Positions 55,838-64,000 of a stretch of 64,000 nt of DNA are shown one piece after another; the stretch's first letter is position 1; each line of letters begins with the position of its first letter. Position numbers and translations under genes: made by a program. This DNA is from Octopus vulgaris. Lineage: Eukaryota. The stretch spans positions 22,506,001 to 22,570,000 of the forward strand of contig OX597834.1 of assembly GCA_951406725.2 (NCBI GenBank), given 5' to 3'. Under the pieces are notes generated by a model. The model was not told the origin of the DNA, did not search any database, and worked only from the letters and a program-made list of their open reading frames with translations.

Positions 55838-56536
55838 ATATGTGTGAAGCCACATGGCTCATTGGTTAAGGTGTTGCACTCACAATTGCGAGATTGTGGG
55901 TTCGATTCCCAGATGGGGCGTTGTGTTGTGTTCTTGAGCTAAGCACTTCATTTCACGTTGCTCTGGAATCATTTCCTCATCAGACAAGTGGCACCCGTTG
56001 CACCTGTACAGGTAATGTCGAGTTGATAGAGGGAGTGAGCTTAAGTGTACACAAACATTTGATCACTATAAACAAATCATCCGTGTAGTTGATCAGTAAG
56101 AAATTGGAGAACCCTCATATACATAGATATAAATATATACACATATATAAATATATATGTAGACACACATCATCTTCGCTTAACACCCACCTTACATGCT
56201 AGCATGGGTATATATATATATATATATAGATATATATATATATATATAAATATAATTGCAATTTGGCAATTTTATGATACATCCTCTAGGGGTGGAGATA
56301 ATTTTAATAAATCAAGATTTTATGTTGTATGGTATCTGATATACCTGTATTTGCCTATGTTGTTCAGCTCCCTGCCAGTAGCAATGTAGTTGAACAACAT
56401 AATTATTACTCTTAGCTCATATTTGTTTAAATTTTATAAGCTGTGTTACAAAACAGAACAACAGAAATGGCACCAATAAACTAGAGTTAGCAACAAAATA
56501 AATACAGAGTTTGAAAAAACATTGGATTAGATTGGA

Positions 56537-56761
56537 TTAATTTGATGGTAAGGATTTCATAGTGAATGGTTCAAGCTGTTCGGTTTCCGGCAGCATCTGG
56601 TTCAGACGCTCCATCTTTGGAATTATATTGTCTATAGAGCCTTTGATGCGATTCAAAATGGACAGTGTTTCACTGACGCGCTGAAACTGTTCCGTATACT
56701 TGGCATACTTCCTCTGTCTGTCCGTGAGAGAGTTCAATAACACATGCATCATGTAATCAAT
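56537..56761 (-). CDS. BORCS5: BORCS5 last coding exon (with stop codon)
   Basis: Acceptor tttccctctcattgcag|ATT, phase 0, compatible with the upstream donor. IDYMMHVLLNSLTDRQRKYAKYTEQFQRVSE...IIPKMERLNQMLPETEQLEPFTMK* matches the BORCS5 C-terminus (RQKRYAKYAEQ, LNSMLPEGERLEPF). Confidence 0.93.
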   Translation of the reverse strand: MDYMMHVLLNSLTDRQRKYAKYTEQFQRVSETLSILNRIKGSIDNIIPKMERLNQMLPETEQLEPFTMKSLPSN

Positions 56762-57016
56762 CTGCAATGAGAGGGAAAAAAAAAATAACAGTATTCCTTT
56801 CAGAACGAAATATGGCTATGCATTTCGCCCGGCATGCTAGCAATTCTGCCAGCTCGCCGCCCTAATAATAATAATAATAATAATAATCGTTTCTTCTAAA
56901 GGCACAAGGCTTGCAATTTTGTGAGAGGAGACTAGTTTATAACATCAAACTCAGAACTCAACTGGTACTTAATTTATCAACCCCCGAAAAGATGAAAGGC
57001 GAAGTCAACCTCAGCA

Positions 57017-57051
<35 letters not shown>

Positions 57052-57085
57052 GTTTCAAACTTTGGCACAGAGCTAGCAATATTAA

Positions 57086-57305
57086 CCCTTTAGTGTTTGC
57101 ATTATTCTGCCAAAATTAATCTTTTTTATCCACATTGCCTTGAACTAATCAGGCATTATCTTGGAGCTGTGAGATTTTGATGAGGTAGCTGTTAATTTTT
57201 AAAATGATATTGTAAGGCTGGTGTAAGAGACCAGATCTGGCCAATTTGAACATAAAACAGGTAGAATACTTTTGGCCAGATAGGGCCAGTTTAAATGCTA
57301 AAGGG
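57086..57305. mobile_element. piggyBac-like MITE, second family
   Basis: TTAA-CCCTTTAGtgTTT...AAATGCTAAAGGG-TTAA. Confidence 0.75.
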
Positions 57306-58549
57306 TTAAGAGAGACTGTGGGTCAGTTGATACCATCAACCCTAGTACGTAACTGGTACTTTATTATATCAAGCCCAAAGGGATGAAAGAAGAGGTAACC
57401 TTGACAGGATTTGAATTCAGAATGTTAGGAGGCAGAAGAAATGCTACTAATTATTTTGCCCGCTGTGCTAATGAGTCTGCTTTCTTTCTATTATAGGAAC
57501 AGAGTCTGATGTTTTGCAAGGAGCCTGCTAAGTCGATTACATTGACCACCGGTGCTCAACTGGTAAATTATTTTATCATCTCTGAAAAGATGAAAAGCAC
57601 ACTTGACCCTGGCAGAATTTGAACTCAGAATAGAGGTTCTTTAAAGAAAAGATATTGGAATACTTTTTTTACTTTCTTTTTTTTAAAGTCTGAGATCTCA
57701 GAGACAGTATAACTCCACACTAAAGACAAGGCAACCGCAATTAAAATTACCTCACAATAATGATAAGGTGGACGTATCCAGAAACATGATATGCACAAAC
57801 AAAACATCATTTTTTTGAATCCATAGAAGTTTCCCCTCTTAGTTGGTGAATGAAAACAAACTTAGTACAAATCAATAGCAACTTACTAAGATAAAGGGAA
57901 ATAATTTTAAAAATCATGAATTGCTTGTAAAATATGGTAACCGAAAGTTTTGGTCAGCATATTTCTGTTGAAATACAGTTTCAATTAATTTTGAAAATAG
58001 TGAAGAATCTATGAAAATAACTTTCTTGTTATTAAATTGGTATTTACAACAAAAACTAACATGAAATTTCGATTGAAGGTTTTAATTTAAATCACTTTAA
58101 AACTGGTTCCCGAAGTAGGCGATATGGACCCCGGGGGGGGGGGGGGGGAGTTCCAAGGAGGTGTTGAAGAAAAGTGGGGGTAAAATGAGGTAGTAATTCA
58201 TGTAAAAACAACAAATTAATGGGTTCATTAGGTAAAGTTTTATTTTGTGAAATTCAGTTGCTTTGAATTTGCTTCACAAAGGGGTTCTATGTTTGTGATG
58301 GTTAGTTGGGGTGGGGGTGCTAGGAATGGGGCCTGGATGTCGAGGGGGCAGCAGCCTAAAAAGTTTAGGAACCACTGCTTTAGAACCTGAGGCAGTCTCA
58401 GATGGGTTGGTACCAAAAGAGTTATGTTTTTAAGTTGGTAAGCAGGAAACCAGAAAGTCTGGTTCAAATATTTGCCATTCTGTAAGAAAGCAAAGAAGGT
58501 AACAGTTAACTCTTTTGTTACGAGATTTCTCCCGAAAAACACTGCCTAT

Positions 58550-58776
58550 ACTCTTCACTCTCTTTTACTTGTTTCAGTCATTTGACTGCGGCCATGCTGG
58601 AGCACCGCCTTTAGTCGAGCAAATCGACCCCGGGACTTATTCTTTTGTAAGCCTAGTACTTATTCTATCAGTCTCTTTTTGCTGAACCGCTAAGTAACGG
58701 GGACATAAACACACCAGCATCAGTTGTCAAGCAATGCTAGGGGGACAAACACAGACACACACGCATATATATATGC

Positions 58777-58809
<33 letters not shown>

Positions 58810-58977
58810 TACGACGGGCTTCTTTCAGTTTCCGTCTACCAAATCCACTCACAAGGCTTTGGTCGGCCCGAGGCTATAGCAGAAGACACATTTGCCCAAG
58901 GTGCCACACAGTGGGACTGAACCCGGAACCATGTGGTTGGTAAACAAGCTACTTACCACATAGCCACTCCTACGCCT
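58550..58977 (-). mobile_element. SINE family A, full length, inserted in a piggyBac-like MITE
   Basis: Reverse complement of 60312-60712. Confidence 0.85.
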
Positions 58978-59748
58978 ATGTTTCAATTAATATAACAAAG
59001 AGTTTAGTAAAACAACTTTCTCAATTTTAAACTGAGGTTTGGAACATAAATTAACATGGAATTTTGATGGAAGGTTTTAATTTAAATCATTTTAAAACTG
59101 AAAGTTTGTATCATAGAACCGGGAAGTAGTCTCATGCAGGTTGCTATTGGAAATGGTTAAAGAAAATCTAGATGACAAAATCCAACAACATGTGCTGTCA
59201 CTGTCTCCACTAACAAACATCGGATATTTTCTTGAACACTTTGCTTATATTACTGTTGAAATAAACAACAGAAAAGGAACATACAGCACACACATTCATC
59301 CATATGAAACACACCATTACCACATACATACATATGTAAAACAAACATCAGCACATACATACTATATATTTCTTTATTGCCCACAAGGGGCTAAGCAGAG
59401 AGGAGACAAACAAAGACAGACAAAGGGATTAAGTCGATTACATCGACCCCAGTGCGAAACTGGTACTTTATTTATCGACCCCGAAAGGATGAAAGGCAAA
59501 GTCGACCTCAGCGGAATTTGAACTCAGAACGTAACGACAGACGAAATACGGCTACGCATTGCGCCCGGTGTGCTAACGGTTCTGCCAGCTCGCCACATAC
59601 ATACTATAGATATACAACAAACTCCACTACACACACACACACACACACAGATTTCACTTATCGTCTAACAAATTATAAAGTCTCTCTCTCTCTCTCTCTC
59701 TCCTCCCATTTCTTTTTGCCACTCCCCTCTCTCTCTCTCCTAACTTAC

Positions 59749-60083
59749 CTCTTTAACTCGGATACAGAGAGCATTCTGATCAAAAGCAACAGCTTCTGAC
59801 AACTGCTTCAAGTGCTGCTGGTAACGGAGACAGAGCAACAGCACCTGGCGGTGGTCCAGTTTGTCAATGTATTCCATTTCTCCTCGACCCCCATTGATCG
59901 ATCTCTTGAGCACAGGTTGAAAGACAGGGATGGCATTCAGCTTGGTCTGTTCAGGATCAGGGTCCTTCTGTAGCGGTCCACCTTCAGCCACAATTACAAT
60001 GTCGTGCTTCGGTGTACTCTGACGTTCGCCCCTGTGAACCTGCCGCTGTCTGTTGAGAGAGCGAGGGGAAGATCGTGGCGACT
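59749..60083 (-). CDS. BORCS5: BLOC-1-related complex subunit 5 (myrlysin/LOH12CR1), penultimate coding exon
   Basis: Acceptor ttccaattttag|AG (phase 1), donor GAG|gtaagt (phase 0). Translation ...KHDIVIVAEG...DPEQTKLNAIPVFQPVLK...DKLDHRQVLLLCLRYQQHLKQLSEAVAFDQNALCIRVKE matches recalled BORCS5 motifs (DDIVVVAQG, IPTFQPLLK, LCLRYQDHL, EAVAFDQNAL). The N-terminal exon was not found and is probably beyond 64000. Confidence 0.93.
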
Positions 60084-60311
60084 CTAAAATTGGAATTCAC
60101 AAAAAATTAGGAAAAAAACAAAAAAAAAAAAACAAAACAAAAAAAAACATACTTGACCCTTTGCCTGTCCAAAATGTCCATGTCTGTGTTCAGACTTTTA
60201 GTTAATCCTTGTTTCGTATGTTCTGATTGATATAAAGCTTTACTTACATAAGCCCCAAGTTAATTTAGTGGTTGATAAAAATTTCAAACGTCTATCATAT
60301 ACAATGTATAT

Positions 60312-60712
60312 AGGCGCAGGAGTGGCTGTGTGGTAAGTAGCTTGCTAACCAACCACCTGGTTCCGGGTTCAGTCCCACTGTGTGGCACTTTGGGCAAGTG
60401 TCTTCTACTATAGCCTCGGGCCGACCAAAGCCTTGTGAGTGGATTTGGTAGACGGAAACTGAAAGAAGCCCATCGTATATATGTATATATATATATATAT
60501 GTGTGTGAGTTTGTGTGTCTGTGTTTGTCCCTTCAACATCGCTTGACAACCGATGGTGGTGTGTTTACGTCCCCGTAACTTAGCGGTTCGGCAAAAGAGA
60601 CCGATAGAATAATTACTAGACTTACAAAGAATAAGTCCTGGGGTCGATTTGCTCGACTAAAGGAGGTGCTCCAGCATGGCCGCAGTCAAATGACTAAAAC
60701 AAGTAAAAGAGT
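60312..60712 (+). mobile_element. tRNA-derived SINE family A, full length
   Basis: Head GGCGCAGGAGTGGCTGTGTGGTAAG (A box), GGTTCAGTCCC (B-box-like), internal TA/TG microsatellite, (AAGAGT) tail. More than 10 related copies in the window. Confidence 0.85.
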
Positions 60713-60714
60713 AA

Positions 60715-61450
60715 TGTATGGAGGCAATGATGAATGACCGAGACCTCTGGCATTATGCTACGTTTGAGAAGGAGACCGGTCAAGCCAGTTAAAATCGTAG
60801 TTGTGGCAGATATTGGTGCCATGCAAATGGTAGCTGTGCTGGTGGCACATGTAAGCACCCATTACACTCTCAGAGAGGTTGGCATTAGGAAGGGCATTAA
60901 GCCATAGAAACCATACCAAATAAAGACTGGAGTCTGGTGCAGCCTTCCAGCTTGCAAGCCCTGGTCAAACTGTCCAACCCATGCCATAGATGTTAAATGA
61001 TGATGATGATGGCCCCCGTGCCGTTGGCACGTAAAAGCACCATCCGCTCGTGTCCGTTGCCAGTCTCGCCTGGCCCCCGTGCCGGTAGCACGTAAAAGCA
61101 CCATCCGTTTGTGTCCGTTGCCAGCCTCGCCTGGCCCCTGTGCCGGTAGCACGTAAAAGCACCATCCGTTTGTGTCCGTTGCCAGCCTCGCCTGGCCCCC
61201 GTGCCGGTGGCACGCAAAAACACCATCCGTTCGTGGCCGTTTGCCAGCTCTGTCTGGCACCTGTGCAGGTGGCACATAAAAAGCACCCACTACACTCACG
61301 GAGTGGTTGGCGTTAGGAAGGGCATCCAGCCGTAGAAACACTGCCAAATCTGACTGGGCCTGATGAAGCCTTCCGGCTTCCCAGACCCCAGTTGAACCAT
61401 CCAACCCAAGCTAGCATGGAAAGTGGACACTAAATGATAATGATGATGAT
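60715..61450 (+). mobile_element. Two tandem family C repeats, the second with about 5 minisatellite units
   Basis: Core and (GAT)n tails at about 61000 and 61440; other copies at 27668-27945, 39190-39460, 44561-44745 and 49855-50210. Confidence 0.8.
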
Positions 61451-64000
61451 GGATGTTTGGAAAATATGTCCTGTGTATCACATATAATAAACAAGACAGG
61501 CAAAGAGTTAAGCAACACCAATTAAAAAACAGTTTTAAAAAGTTTCAAAATAATAATTAGTGGAAACCCACAGAAATTCCATGTCTACATTTCTATTTTG
61601 ATGCATAAATTTATGGACTTTCATAAGATTGGTCCACAAATTTATGGTTAGGTGTCTTCAATGCTGTTCCATGGTTAAGGTTGCTTAAGGTGTAACATCT
61701 GAACATACAAATACTGACAAAAAGAATAATAGACATTATTTTGATGTATAGATTATATCGATACGAACAGAATAATCTAAATTAACAATAACAATAAAAA
61801 TACTACTACTAATAATAATAATAACAATAATAATAATAATGAGGGTTTCTAATTTAGGCACAAGGCAATTGGGTTTGTAGAGGAGGGGTGGGGGCTTGCT
61901 GATTGCAGCAACTCCAGTACTTGACTGGCACTTTTGTTTTACAAGCCCAAAAGGATGAAAGGAAAAGTTGAGCCTGGTGGGATTTGAACTTAGAACAAAA
62001 GGAGGTAATTCTAAAAGGTATTTTGTTTGAGACTCTGGAGATACCCCCATTTTTAACAATAACAACAACAATCATAATAATTCTTTATAATTTTGGCAAT
62101 AGGCCAACAATTTTGAGGGGAGGGGGCAGTACTCAAACTGGTACTTATCTTATCAAGCCCAAAAGGATGAAAGTTGACCATGGCAGAATTTGAACTCAGA
62201 ACGTAAAGATGGACAAAAAGCCACTGAACATTTTGCCCAAAGTGCTAACGATCCTGCCAGTTTGCTACCTTAAAAATATGATTTTAAATTATAGCACAAG
62301 GCCGGCAATTTCAGGGAGGGGTTAAGTCAATGTTAAATGATGATGATGATGATTAACTAAATACTCACAATATCGATTATATTTAAAATTATATTTTGAT
62401 AGGGATTGTAATTTAAATGTGAAAGCTTCAGTACAGTCTCTCCTCTCCTAGACACATTATTTCACCTCACAACTTTTTATTGAAGCAATACCAACTTAAC
62501 TGACAGTAAATTTTTAGTAAGTTGTTGCAATGACAGGAAGATGCTGTATTAATTAACAACCAAATGGAAAGCAGGTAGAAATAAAAGAATTTTTTTTAAA
62601 AGTAAAAAGAAAATTAAAAGATAAAAAAAGGAAAAAAAAAATACAGCAACACAAATGTTATAACGAGATGAACAGAGATTTGTTAAGTTAGATATTTTCA
62701 AAGTTGTTTTCAGAATAATTATAACTAAATTCTATACACTTGTTCGACCCCTTAGCATTCAGTTTACTCTGTCAGATCTAATGCTTATTTATTCATATTG
62801 TTTTGAATTAATCAGGAATTATCTTGAAGCTTCAAGATTTCGATGATATGATTGTTTTCAGAATGAAATTGTAGGGGAGGTGTAAAAGCTATGAGCACTG
62901 TCCATAAACTTTCCCTTCTCTGAGAGGGATTAAAGAAGGCTAGGTGGCATATTCCGTAGCCTTTTCCCCAACCTGAGAGGGACAAAAAAAAAAAAGACTA
63001 GGGCCAGTCCATAGCCTTTTCCCAACCTGAGAAGAACTACAAAGGCTAGGAGCACATCCCATAGCCTTTTTCCCAGTATGGAAGAAACTGAAAAGACAGA
63101 TGGGCACTGTTCATAATGTCTGGGAAGGACTAAGAGGGTGAGGAGTAGTATCCTTCTTCTTCTCCAGACAAACAAATTAAATGCAAGTTCCATTAAGGTG
63201 ATAAGCCCTTCACTGATAGAAACCCTAAACCCCATTTAAGTTTTCACAATAAAATTGTTCAACAAAATTATAACAAATATTATATTTGTTGTTAAAAACA
63301 AAATGGAAAGAAATTTTGTTTGTTTTTACAATTTTTATGAAAAAAAACCCCACAAAAGACAATACATTGATGACTAAATATATGTTAATAGAAATTTTAA
63401 TATTAGTTTAAAAGCAAAAACAAATAAATTAAAATAATTGTGTCGTTAGTTAGAACAAAAATGTTGGGAGAGGGACATTAAAATAAGCAATCAACAAAAT
63501 TTTCATTTCATACTGAAAATACAAAGCAGTGTTAGTTTGTTATTGTTTAATATAACATCCTAGAAATACTCGTTAAAGCATAAAAATACGTTATTAGTAA
63601 GGTTAGTAGTCAGTCCATTCCAGTTGAAATAGAAATTGGAAATCTTTCCAAGATGATGCTGCAAGAATGGTAGAAAGAACCGAAGTACCAATAGAACATG
63701 CTTGAAGTTTAGAGGGAAAAGTTTTGATGAAGGAGATTTAAGACTAACAATGATCCTCTAAAGTAACAATTGCAGAGTTTATAACAGCCACAGAGTTGAG
63801 AGAAAGTATCTACTGGTAGAGCTGAGTGGCACAAGATGGATAAAGACTATAGAGGTTCTGAATCTACAGTAGAGCCATACACAAAGATGCTAAGGACTAT
63901 AGAAAGAGAGAGAGTGTTTGTAAGACAGTCCTGAAGAATAAAGAACTATTTCAATTACCTACTCCAAGACATTCATAGATTAGGATAGCAAAGAGATTAA

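Noticed and set aside
62369-62460. Possible upstream BORCS5 exon ending at T|GTGAGT
   Set aside because: Splicing to 60083 would create an in-frame TAG, and no MGxEQS-like N-terminus is present.
62930-63235. 101-aa ORF starting with MG
   Set aside because: Overlaps a short AGCCTTTTCCC.AACCTGAGA tandem repeat; no similarity to BORCS5 and no suitable donor seen.

Overview
AT-rich, microsatellite- and repeat-saturated animal DNA; the SINE, LINE and simple-repeat content suggests an octopus (coleoid cephalopod) genome (inference). Two protein-coding genes are partly present, both on the minus strand: the last two coding exons of BORCS5/myrlysin (60083-59749 and 56761-56537) and the first coding exon of a class A GPCR (22894-22558; N-terminus to TM2), with a possible GC-AG-spliced 5' non-coding exon and promoter near 32981-33400. 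The rest is tRNA-derived SINEs, LINE fragments (a PHD-finger RTE whose 3' UTR is the commonest repeat here, a BovB-like RTE, CR1/Jockey-type pieces, a Penelope GIY-YIG remnant), piggyBac-, Tc1/mariner- and hAT-type MITEs, and simple repeats. The most notable signal is a set of minimal type I hammerhead-ribozyme folds from several unrelated short elements. Four are sense to the GPCR pre-mRNA, and one carries a compensatory A3-U8 swap of the conserved C3-G8 core pair. Long inverted repeats and TA-embedded hairpin elements are also present. Nearly all ORFs in the supplied track are microsatellite or repeat artefacts. Repeat boundaries are approximate and family names come from recalled motifs, not database searches.
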